A stretch of 64,000 nt of DNA, taken from Camelus ferus. Lineage: Eukaryota. The notes beneath the pieces are model-generated. The model saw nothing but the letters and a program-made list of their open reading frames with translations, searched no databases and was not told the origin of the DNA. The first letter of the stretch is position 1; each line of letters starts with the position of its first letter. Location of the stretch: NCBI RefSeq assembly GCF_009834535.1, contig NC_045696.1, positions 88,228,001-88,292,000 on the forward strand. Reading direction: 5' to 3'. Below are positions 1-12,600 of this stretch, in pieces. The position numbers and the translations under genes were made by a program.

Positions 1-415
1 ACCACGTGAGCTCCACGGACGATTCCGTCTGATCCTTTCTATATAAACATTCGAGAGCCAGATGTCCAGAACTCTCTGGCTATGCAGCTCTCCTCTCCAG
101 TACCAGTACTCTGCTCTTTCCATTTTAAGTGTCTTGGCTCCCATGAACTCTGCACTCTGTCTCCTCAGCTGGGAGAGACAGCCAGGTTCTGTATGGACTC
201 CCCGACCCTGCACTGAAGCCTGGAAACTCTCTTTAGCCTGTAGCTTGAGTGACTGTGGGCTTCATCTTGTTTGTTCCCTTCTCTCAGAGATCATTTTCAT
301 GTACTGTCCGAGGTTCAATATCTGAAAACCATTGTTCCATATATTTTGTCTGGTTATTTACTTGTTTAAGATAAATCCTGTGCCTGTTAATCCATCCTGG
401 ACAGAGATGGCAGTA
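1..415 (-). mobile_element. Old L1M-type LINE fragment
   Basis: Resembles the recalled L1M 5'/ORF1-region consensus in reverse (e.g. ctctgtctcctcagctgggagagac, cctgttaatccatcctgg). Confidence 0.5.
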
Positions 416-1989
416 AAGAATACAATTTTGAAATATTTATTTACATAAAATTAAGTATTGATTCAAGCTCAAGCAGAAGCATCACAGTTTACTTTTTCCA
501 ATAACGTATGTAAATTGAATTATGCTCATATATTGTATGAACCACAAGAAGAAAATATTTTCTTAGGGAAAACATTTTTGGAAAAGAAATTCCATATGTA
601 AGTAGAAATAAAGAAATATCTATTAATATTGAAAAGACAAATTTTTACTTAATTGTAATATTTCCTGAGAATGAGAAAGTTGTTTAAAAATATCACTAGC
701 TAAAAAGAAGCTATAGAATTTGCCTCACTTAGACGTTGTAACTAAAACATATTCATATCTGTTTAAAGTTTTTGAAATGTGGGACTGGCATCATATTTGG
801 TAAGTAAGCTTTATATTGAGAACAGCAATAGCTATTTTAAGGATTCCAAACAATTTAGTTATTAGAAAAAATAAAAGAGTTTCACTTATTTAAAAACTAG
901 GACAGCAATTTTAGTATTATATATGCGAAGCCTTTAAATGTATAAAGTAAATAAATTCAACTTATACGGGTCTTTTAAGCACTATCAGCTATTGCTCTAA
1001 GTACCTCTAATGACTTCTTTCAGACTTTGTTTAGAATGCCAATTATTCCAAATGACATGTTCACTATAATTTTACGTCTTTCTCTATTTCAAAACTATTT
1101 CAACTTGTGGTGATATTGCTTTCCAGCAATTAAGCTAAAAATGTGCATTAAGTAGTCAACATTAGAACCTAAATTATATGAGCAAAACATCTCATCCATG
1201 AATTTCCAAGAAAAGTTTTTTTTATAATTTAACTGACTAACCATTCTTCTTCCACTAACTGAAAAAACAATAATACTGCTAAGAGAGTTCCATTAAAATG
1301 CCACTTTTAACTTGGAATAAATTCTTAGAAAATCAGTCTACCTTCATTAGAAGATATTAAGGTCATTCTGATGCTATAAACAAATAATACAATTTCATAT
1401 TCTTATCTATCAGTGAAGCGTATCTTTTTTACAGAAATTAACTTAGCTCATGCTAGACCCTTTAGAAAGCAAGGGAGTATAATATACATGCTTCCTGCCT
1501 TCATGGAACTGACAATGTTGTTGTAAAACAGGGGTATAAATATAGGAATTAAATAATAATGCAGAAGATACAATAAACAATTTGTGATTTAGTGTAAAAA
1601 TGATGCCATTTACTGAAAATCTACAGTGATTTTCTAACTCTACCATTCTTTCTGCATCTTTTAGCTGAACTTCTATAAGGAAGAATCTTCCCTCATCAAG
1701 TCTTCAGTTACATAAACATATAATTCACACAGATAAGGCAGAGCAAGCAAGGTTCTTTCCCTTTTTCAGTTTTCCAGAGAAATGACTGGAGCTCTGGCAA
1801 CCTCCAGTGGTGAATGTGGGATATTTTCTTTGTTTTGTCTTGCTGTCTTTACAAACTCACTAGTTTTTACATATGTGCTGTGTTATAACTCAATGCAGCC
1901 AGTCTTTTTGATGCTCAAATTATCTGGTGCACTGGGACCTCCTTTCCCCCAGCTGGCTACTCTGCACTGTTGACATGAGTTCATAAGAC

Positions 1990-3330
1990 TTTTTTTAACA
2001 GCTTCATTAAGATATAATTCACATACTATACAACTCACCCATTTAATGTATACAATTCAATTGTTTTTAGTTTGTTCACAGAATTGTGCAATCATCACAA
2101 TGAATTTTAGAACACTTATTCCCCTACAAAGAAACTCCATATCCATCAGTGGTAACTCCCATGTCTCCTACACCTCAATCCATCCTCTGCCCTAGGTAAC
2201 TACTAACCCACTGTCTGAATCTATAGATTTGCCCATAAAGGACATTTCATATAAACTGATCATACACTATGAAGTCTTTTCTGTCTGCCTTCTTTCACTT
2301 TGCATTTCAAGGCTTATCCCTATTGTAGCACACATCAGAACTTTACTCCTTTTAATGGCTGAATAATATTCCATTGTACAGCTATATCACATTTCCTTTG
2401 TCCATTCATTAGCTGATGGACATTTGAGTTGATTCCAGTTTTTGGATATTATGAAATAATGCTGTGATCAACATCTGTGTACAAGTTTGTGCATGGACAT
2501 GTTTTCAACTCTCTTGGGTATCGCTCTTTTCTCTCTCTCCTCTTTTTGTGCTATAATTGTTATACATATTACATCTATATGTGTGACAAACCCAACAGTA
2601 TGTTGTTTTCATTATTACTTTATATAGTTCTGTCTCTTAAAGAAGTTGAGAGAATAAAGGAGAGCAAGTATATATCTAGAGTTCGTGAATCTCCTTATTT
2701 ACGATTTTTGGTTCTCTCCCTTTGTTCCCACACATTCAAGTTACCAGCTCGTGTCATTTCCTTAGTCCAGCATAGCTTTGCTCCCAACCACTTCTTCTGT
2801 GCTGTTCAAATATGCTGCATTCCTATGTGTTTTAGGACCAATAATTTGTTTATATACATAATTTAATACAATTACTTTTGTAGTTTAGAGAAGAAATATG
2901 CACCTTTTATAATTATCTAATTACCTTTACCACTACTTTTTGGGTTTTGAGTGTGCAATTGAATTAAGGTCTGGGGTCACTTGCTTTTAGCCTGAAGAAC
3001 TCTTTAGTATTTCAGAAAAGGTGATCGTCTAGCAACTGTCTCCATTGTTGCTTATCTGGAAATGTCTTTATTTCACCCTTTTTCCAGAATTTAAGATTCT
3101 TAGTCGATAATTTTTTTCTTTCAGTTCTTTGAATATGTCATCCCACTACCTTCAGCCCATGTCATTTCTGATGAGAAGTCATCTATTAATCTTACAGGAG
3201 TTTCCTCGTATGTGAAGGGTCTTTTCTTTCACTCCTTTTGAGATTTTCTCTTTGTCTTTGTCTTTCACTCTTTTTACTACAATATGTCTGGGTGTGGACC
3301 TCTTTTTGTTTACCCTACTTGGACTATGTG
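1990..3330 (-). mobile_element. L1M (L1MB/L1MC-like) fragments
   Basis: Typical reverse L1MB 3' end (gatataattcacatactatacaactcacccatttaa; ggctgaataatattccattgta; gatggacatttgagttg) followed by ORF1-like reverse sequence (tctgatgagaagtcatctattaatctt). Confidence 0.8.
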
Positions 3331-3493
3331 AGTGGTTTTCTAGGGCACATATATAAATCTGTCCTTAGATACATTCCACTAGGAAGGAACAGTCAAAACA
3401 CTGCTTTGCTATTACTTTAAATAATTCATTTATGTGTGTGATTATGCTACCAAATTGATACACAGCTAGATTTGCTTATTTCCATTAGCCTTT

Positions 3494-3586
3494 TTTTTTA
3501 ATTGAAGTATAGTCAGTTTACAATGTTGTGTCAATCTCTGGTGTACAGCATAATAGTTCAATCATACATATACATACATGTATTCA
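3494..3586 (-). mobile_element. Short 3' fragment of a cetartiodactyl-type L1
   Basis: ttttttaattgaagtatagtcagtttacaatgttgtgtcaatctctggtgtacagc is the reverse complement of the young L1 3' end also seen at 17648-17907 and 29514-30115. Confidence 0.85.
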
Positions 3587-3587
3587 G

Positions 3588-3685
3588 GTTTTTTGTTTTT
3601 TGTTTTTTAGTGGAGGTACTGGGGATTGAACCCAGGACTTCACACATGCTAAGCATGTACCCTACCAGTGACCTGTACCCTCCCC
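3588..3685 (-). mobile_element. Camelid tRNA-derived SINE (Vic-1 type)
   Basis: ggaggtactggggattgaacccaggac...catgctaagcatg...taccctcccc is the reverse complement of the SINE head, with a B box. Confidence 0.88.
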
Positions 3686-4093
3686 TCTTTCCAGTAGTCT
3701 TTAATGTTTAATAGTTCCTTAGCTATTCTTTCATTTTGTTTTTAATTATGTAAACCAAAGAACCAAAGTCAAGAAATACAACAAGGTATACCCACAAAAG
3801 CCTCGCATGAGTCCTATCTCCTCCTCCTTGATCCAGGACTCCCTCTTTAAGTAACCATACTTGTTTATTTTGGTTAGTCACCCCATTGTTTCCTTCTGAA
3901 AATAGAAGCACTGGTGTATATATACTCACATTCCCCTTTTCTTATACAAAAGATTGCCCACGAAAACACCATCAACCACCTAGATCTTTTTTTCCCTTTT
4001 TACAACTACAAAGGACTCCCTTGTGTGAATATACCATAGTCTATTCAATCTGTCCCGTATTGATGGACATTTTGGTAGTATTTTGTTTGTCAG

Positions 4094-4746
4094 TGTATTG
4101 GTTTTCTAATACTGCATCACAAATTACCGCAAATTTAGTAACTTAAAACAGCACAAATGGATTACCTCACAGTTTCTGTGGGTCAGGAATCTGCACAAGG
4201 TTGTCTGGGTCCTCTCTTCAGCATCCCACCAGGCTGAAATCAAAGTTTTGGCCAAGGCTGTGATCTCACGTGCAACTCAGAGTCCTCTTCCAAGTCCGCT
4301 AGTGTTGGCAGAATTCAGTTCCTTATCACTGTAAAGAGAAATCCCCAGTTTTTGGCTAGCTGTCATCTGGGATGACTCTCACAACCCAGAAGCCTTCCTC
4401 GGGTCCTAACCACAGAACCCCCTCCAGAGGTCCCCTCACATGTGGTAGCCTACTTCTCCAGATCCATCAAGAGAATCTCTGCTTCAAGGACTCATCTGAT
4501 TAGGTCAGGCCTACTCAGTAGAATCCCCCTTTGATTAACTCAAAGTGAACTGGTTAGGGGCCTGAATTTTACCTGAAAAAGTCCTTTACCTTTGTCATGT
4601 AATGTAGCCTACTCCTGAGAGTAAAACCCTATCGTGTTCACAGATTCCGCCTGCGCTCAAGAGGAAGGGGCCATACAAGGCATATGTCGCAGGGGGAAAG
4701 GATGGCTCAGAAGGGGTGGGTCTATCTTAGAATTCTACTTACCACA
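4094..4746 (-). mobile_element. MaLR solo LTR (MLT1-type) nested in an old L1
   Basis: Begins tgtattggttttcta..., contains ctcacagtttctgtgggtcaggaatc and ggcagaattcagttcc, and ends ttagaattctacttaccaca. L1-like sequence flanks both sides (to ~5085). Confidence 0.8.
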
Positions 4747-5254
4747 CTGAGCATTACAAATAATGCCGCAATGAAAAGCTCTGTGCACATGTTTGTATTT
4801 TTTGCCAGTGCATCTTTGAGATGGAGTCCTAGAAGAAAGATTATGCATATATAATTTTGCTCCATATTGCCAAAGCTTCCTCTACAGAGTCAGACAATTT
4901 CACATACCCATCAGCAGTGTAAGAAACAGCCAGTTTCCCAAAAGCTTCACTAACAGAATATGATGTCAAACTTTTTGGTTTTTGCCAATGTAACTGGTAA
5001 TAAATGGTATCTTACTGTCACCTAAATTTGTACTTTTCTTATTATGAGAGAATTTAAGCATCTTTCACATGTTCAAGGGACATTCTGAGCTTTGAGTGTG
5101 ATGCAGTCAAACTCTCTAGATGAAGATGAGAAAGGAAATTTGGCATTGGGGAAAGAATATGAAGATGGTAAGTTTTTGAAAAGTTTATGTAACCTATGCA
5201 TCTACTCCCCCCCAAAATTATATCTACAAACACTCATGGGTAATTTTTGTTTTG

Positions 5255-5500
5255 TTTTTTAATTTTGTTTTTTACTGAAGTGTAGTTGATTTACAATATT
5301 AGTTCCAGGTGTACAGCAAAGCAATTCAGTTATACATATATATACATACATATTTTTTTCAGATTCTTTTCCATTATAGCTTATTATAAGAAATTGAATA
5401 CAATTCCCTGTGCTGTACAGTAGGTCCATGTTGTTTATCTATTTCATATATAGTAATGTGTACTTGTTAATCCCAACTCCTAATTTAGCCCTCCTCCACC
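5255..5500 (-). mobile_element. Cetartiodactyl-type L1 3'UTR fragment
   Basis: gaagtgtagttgatttacaatattagttccaggtgtacagc...attgaatacaattccctgtgctgtacagtagg. Confidence 0.85.
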
Positions 5501-5649
5501 CACCATGGACATTTTTATATACATTTTATATTATTGCTTTGAATGTTTATTGCTTTCACATAGGCAACATTAAAAAATTTTTATTTTAAAAATTCTCCCA
5601 AAATTGTAAATGACATCATTTCTATCTTTCATTTAACCTCCCTTGTTAG

Positions 5650-6095
5650 CCTCATTCACTGTTCAAGCTTACTTGCCACCACAAGAGTCACAAAGCCTAG
5701 ATGCTTGTTCCCTGGCTCCCTGACATTTAGGGCATGGACTACCAGCAAGACTGGGCCAGTTCAATACACCAGCCTGGCATTCTCAATTTGGCCAGAGAGG
5801 CAGGAACAGCACAAAATCCATTACAGTGGCCCAGCCAGCAGCAGCTGGGTGCTATGTTTGTGTCTTCGGCAGCAGTGGTGAAACAGGCATCCAGGACCCT
5901 TTAGAGGTGGCAAGGTGCCTCCCTGAATTCGGTTCTGTGATGCGATGCTGGCCACGGCTCTGGCTACCTGGTCCACCACTGTTCCTGCTGACTTCACAAG
6001 GCTGGTCAGCCAGCTCTCCCGGAAACTCTGGGAGCAGACCCATACTCTCTCATTAAAACCCTTTTCTGCTTTATCGGCCCTGACTGGTACATTTT
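5650..6095 (+). mobile_element. Possible old ERVL LTR (LTR33/LTR16-like)
   Basis: Contains gactgggccagttcaatacacc and the 3' motif attaaaaccccttttctgcttta, both reminiscent of LTR33-like consensus. Highly diverged. Confidence 0.4.
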
Positions 6096-7589
6096 CTTTC
6101 TTTCTTTCTTTTTTTTTTTTTCCCTTGCAGAAATTAGTGGCAACTTCCTGAAAATGTGAAATCAATCCAATTGTTCACATGAAATGAAAATTGGCTTGAT
6201 GATTGCTTAGAAATGAGAATTCTGAAGTTATCCGGCAAGAATAAGAAGTTAAAATTGCAGAGATCTTTGACATAACACACTTGTCAGCTTTAATAGCCAA
6301 TTCATTTCCATTTCTGGTTTCTAATAAGCACTTAATCACAAAGATGTGAATCATTATAACCTTCAAGACAGCTGGAGGCCTCGCTGCCCCCTTGATTTTT
6401 AGGTAAAATCTCCTTGTACTCAATAATTTCATGGCTCATGAAATGCAAAGCTCCGCCTCAAGGTTTCCACTAATTCTGCACCAACTGGCCTCGGTCTGGC
6501 CTCATCTCTAAGCTTTGATGTCCTTACCTCTAGCCTTCCCCTACCCAGCACTAATTCCATCTTAGCCCCTTCTTACACACAAGCTTTTGTGACAATAATA
6601 GATTTGATTGAATTTTTTTACTTTTTGGTGAAGAGCACAGACAGGTCGCGTCAAGTAACATTGTACCATTTTACCGACTCCAAATTTTTCTTTCTATTAG
6701 ACAAAGCAATCGTGTTCACTCTCTGAAGCCTAGGGGCTCACTGACATCCAGACACTGAAAGGGCTCCCCCTTACCTAGTGATGATCTTGTTCCTATTGTC
6801 CCTGTACCATTCTTTGTCCTGACCCTCGCCAGTCTACAGGAGGCAGCCACATAGCCTTGAAAAGGATGAGAATTTTAAAAGCAGGCATACAAGAAACAAA
6901 AAGCATCACGTAGGGTTTTGGAGGGTTTTGTGGGATTTCTGGTTTTTGTTCAACTTTTGATTCCTGTTTTACATCTACAGTGGGCTGTTAAGTGGGAAAC
7001 AGGGTGTGGAATTTAATCATAATTCATTTGAAAGAAAAGTGAAGGAGAAGCCAACAATGCCACCCTCAAATCTCCATGGGAACTCAGTGAGGTTTATCTG
7101 GGGAAAGACGTGACAGGGAGGAGAGCGGGTACCAGAGCATCACTGAGAGGAGGTCAGAGGAGGAGCTGAATCACAAAGTGGGGTGGGGAGGGGCAGCAAG
7201 TGAAAGAACAGAGTCACCATCTCTGCAGGGAGCCTGATGGAAGCTGTACCCATACCAAGCCACCACCCATGGCCATCCCACTGAGGGTCACAGGCAGCTC
7301 AGGAACTACACTCAGGGGCTGTGTTGACTTTCCATTGCAGATGCGGGGGGCTTGCCACTCATGGGTCATCCACCACAGGGACATTTATCTGGACTCACTA
7401 CACCCAAAACTGGTCATATAAACATTTCATTTTTCAAAAGCCCAGGATCTGCACAAGTGCCTCAAAGTGGGAGTTGGAGGTATGGAGGGGCAAATCACCA
7501 GTTCTAGCACTTGAGCAAAATCCATCCCAGTTACACACTTGTCAGAGAATAACTTTCAACAAAGATAGTCCTCTCAAAGAGGAATTTGG

Positions 7590-9650
7590 GGGCTAGTTCT
7601 TAAGGTTACAATAATTCTCTGCAGTAAATGAAATAAAAACTACTATCATTTGATTTGCCAGATTAAAATAATCTTGTGTCCAGACACACTAGGGTTCTCC
7701 AGGTCTCTGAATTGACTGTAAGTCAAGTCATCTCTTGTGCCCTTACATCAATGATGGTATCTGTAATAGTCAGGGTTCTCCAGAGAATAGACCAAAAGGA
7801 TATGAATATAGATACAGATAAACATAGAAATAGATATAGATATAGAAATAGATATAGATATCTCTATATAGAGATAATAAGAAATTGACTCACGTGATTA
7901 TGGAGCCTGGCAAGTCCCAGGAGATCCAATGGTGTAGTTTCACAGTCCAAAGGCTGGCAGTTTGAGACCTAGGAAGCAACAGTGTTTCAATTTGAGTTCA
8001 AAGTCAGGAAAAACACCAATATCTCAGTTCCAAGACAGTTAGGCAAGAAGAATTCTGTCTTACTCAGAAGAGGGTCAGCCTTTGTGTTCTATTCAGGCCA
8101 ACTGATAAGATGAGGCCCACCCACATTAGGGAGGACAATCTGCTTTACTCAGTCTATCCATTTAAATGTTAATTACACCCAACAACACCCTCCTAGAAAT
8201 ACCCAGAATATTTGACCAAATATCTGAGTACCCCATGGTCTAATCAAGTTGGTACAGAAAATTAACCATCACAGTATCTTCAGCAAAGTCTGAATTATTG
8301 GTGCTCTTTGTCAGCAAGGAAGGAGTATCAAATCCAAAGTCCTATTTTATCTGAGCAAAATAATTTTCAAACAAATGCTACCACATTGCCAGGGGTCTAT
8401 ATACAATGCTATCTTCTCAGCATCCCCATTTCCAGGCTACAAAAGTATATCCTCATCCGAAAATTCACATACTTGGCCACCTCCAGTAGCAGCCTGATCA
8501 AAGGGCTTGTAATTTTTCAATGACACCCATAATTTCACTGCAGAAGCTTGAATCAAAAGATTTACTCAAGTATGTGACCAAAAATATTTGTCAGATAAGT
8601 CAGGCCATGAATGAGCTATTCCCATGCCCAAACTGAGTAGATTCATTTTCTTTTTCTCTCAGAAAATGGAAATCTCCATCTGACATCCAACCACTTGTTT
8701 CAAGATTTGCTCTTAGGAAACCAGTAAACTGTGTAATAGAGAGGAACTTCGTATCTGGCCCATTTCTTGACAAAACTTCTTGAAAGTTTCTGGTTATGAA
8801 TTTAACACTTCACATAGCAGTAAGCATGACTTCTTTCAGGACTTTTGACAGGGTTTTGATGTCAACACGCGCTTATATCAAAAACGTGAATTACTCTAAC
8901 ATGCCACCAGGCAGGAAAGCCAAGCACAATGCCAAGTATCCAGGGACCCCATCTGTACACAGGGTAGCACGATTTTTCTTTCAGGCAAAGTTTTGCTTGG
9001 CTAAGATACACTGCACCATTCTGAAGCTGCTGACAACCTTTCCAGTTTCCAAAAGAGAAGCTGGACTTTTTCTTTGATGGCATCAGCATGCACATAACAG
9101 ACGGAAAACAGGAGCTGCCTGTGCTAAAAAACATCATTCAGTTTGTTGGAGAAACTAGTGGCGGTAGCTCCATGATCAGCTGTGAAATATCAGGAGAAAT
9201 GTCAACAGTTACATAGTGAGTTACCTCATTTAGGACAGATGCTCCTTCAATTATCCTCCCCTGCTCCAAGCTCCTCCCAACTTAACCATTCCCAGGGCAC
9301 ATGGTTTCATCAAGTCTCTGGATATATGCAGCTTCTCTCCTTCTCTGGTGCAATCAGCATTCTAGCAGGATGCAAGGTTCTTGTTTGAGGTCAAATCCAA
9401 GTGTATATAAAATCTTAACTTTTTCAAATCAAGACTTTTCCCTGAGATGTTCCAATGAGTTTCAGAATGGACAGGCATGAAGTGTCCCCTGGTTTTGCTG
9501 CATTTAGGATCTCATTGGCAAGAATTCAGCCACCTAAGAAGCACACCAGCTTTTGTGTTGGAAATGCAAGGGAAATTTACATCTCATCCTTTTACCCATG
9601 TGACCATCTCAGTGACAAAACATGGGCCTCTCCTTCTGACTCCAGCTTGG
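7590..9650 (-). mobile_element. Decayed hAT-Charlie (Buster/ZBED5/ZBED8-like) transposase, interrupted by an MLT2 LTR
   Basis: Manual minus-strand translation gives, in order: LANEILNAAK, ASC*NADCTREGEKLHISRDLMKPCALGMVK, RQLLFSVCYVHADAIKEK, CTDGVPG, KTLSKVLKEVM and, left of the LTR, FISFTAENYC. These match Buster-type transposase motifs (KKPHTIGETLVKPCALEM; QLLVFVRY..IKEEFLFC; CTDGAPAM; LIPFATTYLC). Multiple stops and frameshifts. Confidence 0.8.
7762..8273 (-). mobile_element. ERVL solo LTR (MLT2-type) with 5-bp TSD GTATC
   Basis: tgtaatagtcagggttctccagagaa ... aaattaaccatcaca, with identical GTATC at 7757-7761 and 8274-8278. Contains an internal ATAG-like simple repeat. Confidence 0.92.
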
Positions 9651-12600
9651 CCGACGGAGTGAGTCAAATTTTCTGTTATGGAGCAGGTTTCCCTCACAGC
9701 GGCTAGAGCAGCACATGTGTCCACCTCCCCATGCACTTTGTGGGGCACCATCCATTCCCCTTCCTCCTCCTTCCTACACGGAGGGGAAGAGAATTAAGGG
9801 TTGGTCAGCACTTGATCACACATTTGATCAACAGATGTGGCTTTTTTTTTTTCATGTTAATGATTTTCTGTTTTATTAGCAAACTTGAATCACTATGTTG
9901 TATACCTGAAACTAATATAATTTGGAAGTCAACTATACCTCAATTTTAAAAAATCATCATAATGCATGAGAAAGAGCCAGTTCTGAAAAAAAGAAAAAGA
10001 AAAAGAAAAAAAGCCAGGGGAAGAGTGTTTGTAGCAGAGAAAACAGCCTGAGCAAAGAAAATTGCATTAGGAAAATTGTAGGAACTGACAGAAGGCCTAG
10101 GTGACTGCAGCCTACTTTGTGAGAAAAGATTAATGTAAAAATCTAAATTACTAAAACAATTACCACCATTTCCTTTAAGAATCCTTTGTTTCCATTTATA
10201 AAATACTAACAGTTTGATCATCAGTAGCAGATGAAATGTTGATCTTTCTAAAGATTTTCAGAAGACTATGGTTGTGCATAGTCCTGGTCTCTCATGCACT
10301 GTCTCACCCTCTTCCCTACTAAAGCTATACAAGAGTTTGCAGTGCCCCTCTGCCCCTCTGGATGTCACTGGGGTTACCAGAAAGTTTGTAGTTAATGACA
10401 TCGCACATCATCCTCTCCAGATTTCTCCTCCAGCATCATGGGAGGGTCTACCACTGCCTGCTGCAGCTTTAGGATGGGCTCTCCCTAGTTCTTGAAATTC
10501 CCTCATCCACGCCCACAAAACTCTGACACAATCCCATTGAAAGGTTGCAGCCCTCACTTCCCTGGAGACTGGGAAGGGTTGGAAGGACAGGCTTCCCTTC
10601 TTCTTCACCACTATTAAGTGACCCAGGACTAGTTTAAGGCAGTGCAGGCATGTTCAGACCCTTTTCAGAAAGGGATCACTACCTGGGAGGGGACATGTTA
10701 CCATCCAGCTGGTATACAGCTTCTTCAAGCCCCTTCATTCTAAAAATCTTCCTTTTCACTGGAAGAATTCTCATCTCCTGGGTCCTCCCCCTGTCTCCTC
10801 TTACAAGGTCCCAAGTCAGGGTTTCATAGTCTTAAGTAACTTCTACCTCAGCAAAGAAGATTATTGTGCATGTCACCTCCCAAGATCTTAGAAGAGGATG
10901 ATGAGATTCAGTGCAGAAGGTAAGAGTATCCATCTTCTAACTCAAGGTCTCTTTTTAAGTCTCACCAGTGAGAGCTGCAGTCCTGCTGGTCCCTTTCAGA
11001 GTTGACCTGTTAGGTAGACTGCCCTTTGACTTCTGGCAAGACTGTCATTAAGTACCCTGAGACTTGCTCAGTCCGTATCTAAATACCCCTTAGTGCAGCC
11101 TTGCTTCCAGCATACTCATGAGCCTTCCAGTGAAATGTGTGGACTTTGGACTTCCTGGGGCAATGGGAACCATGGTAGAATATCCTTGTTATAGGGCTCT
11201 AAGAGGCCACAAATGGAAAAAAGAAAAGGTGTGCTTCATAAAACCCTTCTCAGATGCCTCTTGATAGGTACATAATTCATTTGTATTTAAAAGAAGACAG
11301 CATGCCTAGGTGGGGAAATCCATGTGGTTTAGTTATCGATCTTCTTAGAAAAATCACTACAAATTCTATAAAAATTAATCCCTAAATGTACTCCACTCAA
11401 TATCTTTATGGAATAAACTTGGGGGAAATGATGTGATAATCCCTGTCAACAGAAAACAAAAATGAGATGGATTTTTTTTTTTAAACAACAGAAATTTTTT
11501 TCCCCGTAAATCTGGAGGCTAGAAGTCCAAGATCAAGGGGTCAACAGAGTTGGTTTCTTCTGAGGTCTTTCTTGTTGGCTTTTAGATGACTGTCGACTCA
11601 GAGGGAAGACCATGTGAAAAGATGATGGATTCTTTTTCAGTAACCCCATGGTGCCTTTTCTCCTGTAGAGGTTGAAGCCTCCCATTAAAAAGATACTGGA
11701 CTTACCTTCTTTGGCACAGAGGATTCTTTGAGTTAGTTTACCAAAAAACTGTGTTCATGTTCAAGGCTCCTCGGCATAGCTTTTATCTTTAGAAGTAAGA
11801 AATTAAGAAATATTTCATAGAGTTAATTTAATCATTTTTACCCCGGTTTTTATTTTTATTGAAGTACACAATTCAGTAATAGCAATCTGCTTTAGTTAAG
11901 AAAATTGGGATTTAGGCAATGAATGACAACCATTTAAAGAGAGAACAATCTCGACACTGGTCTCCTCCTGGCTTCTCCGTGTTTTCAGACGCAGCGCAGT
12001 TTGGGAAGGCCTGTAAAACACAAGCCGCTTGATAGCCCAATGCCATGCCTTTGTTGGAACCAGTGAGTTGAATCATTAGAAAACAGATTTCTTCTGTTCT
12101 ATTTCATGTTTCTCTGAAATGGTGCCCCGTCTGTGGTGGTAAATTGTTTTTAAATGATTGGTTCTCTGTGACCAAGAATGCAGGAAAGAATCCTCCCCTT
12201 GAAGATTGCTATTATTTTCCACTCCATCAATCTCACTGTGGAAAATGGTGGCAGTGGTGGAAGTTACAGCCGGCTGGGAACACTGGTGACACCCGGCCAT
12301 CTGCGCTTGGATCGGTTTCAGAGCTCTTTTAAAGCAAGCCTGGATGAACAGAGGAGGTTTGTTTAAAATGCTCTGCGGCACTGCAAGGCCAATAACTTGT
12401 TGGGCAGTGCCGAAGTTGGGAACAGGGTTATAGGCCCCTAGACAGCTCATCAGAGAACTTGTGTTAGTGAATCGGAAACCACACACCTGAAAAAAAACAG
12501 GGCAGTAAATGCTATTGTAAAAGTGATTTAAAGAAACTCTTTCCTCCCCAAAGAGAAGGCTTTTAATGGCTTCTGATATTTATTCACATATGCTGTTATG

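Noticed and set aside
420..1430. AT-rich stretch with a minus-strand RCFAHII motif resembling a hAT CxxH motif
   Set aside because: A single short motif, too degenerate to call without a Dfam/BLASTX search.
6130..6480. Non-repetitive stretch that looks like a conserved enhancer (similar at ~33.3-33.5 and ~41.9-42.2 kb)
   Set aside because: Conservation cannot be judged from one sequence; it needs phastCons or chromatin data.
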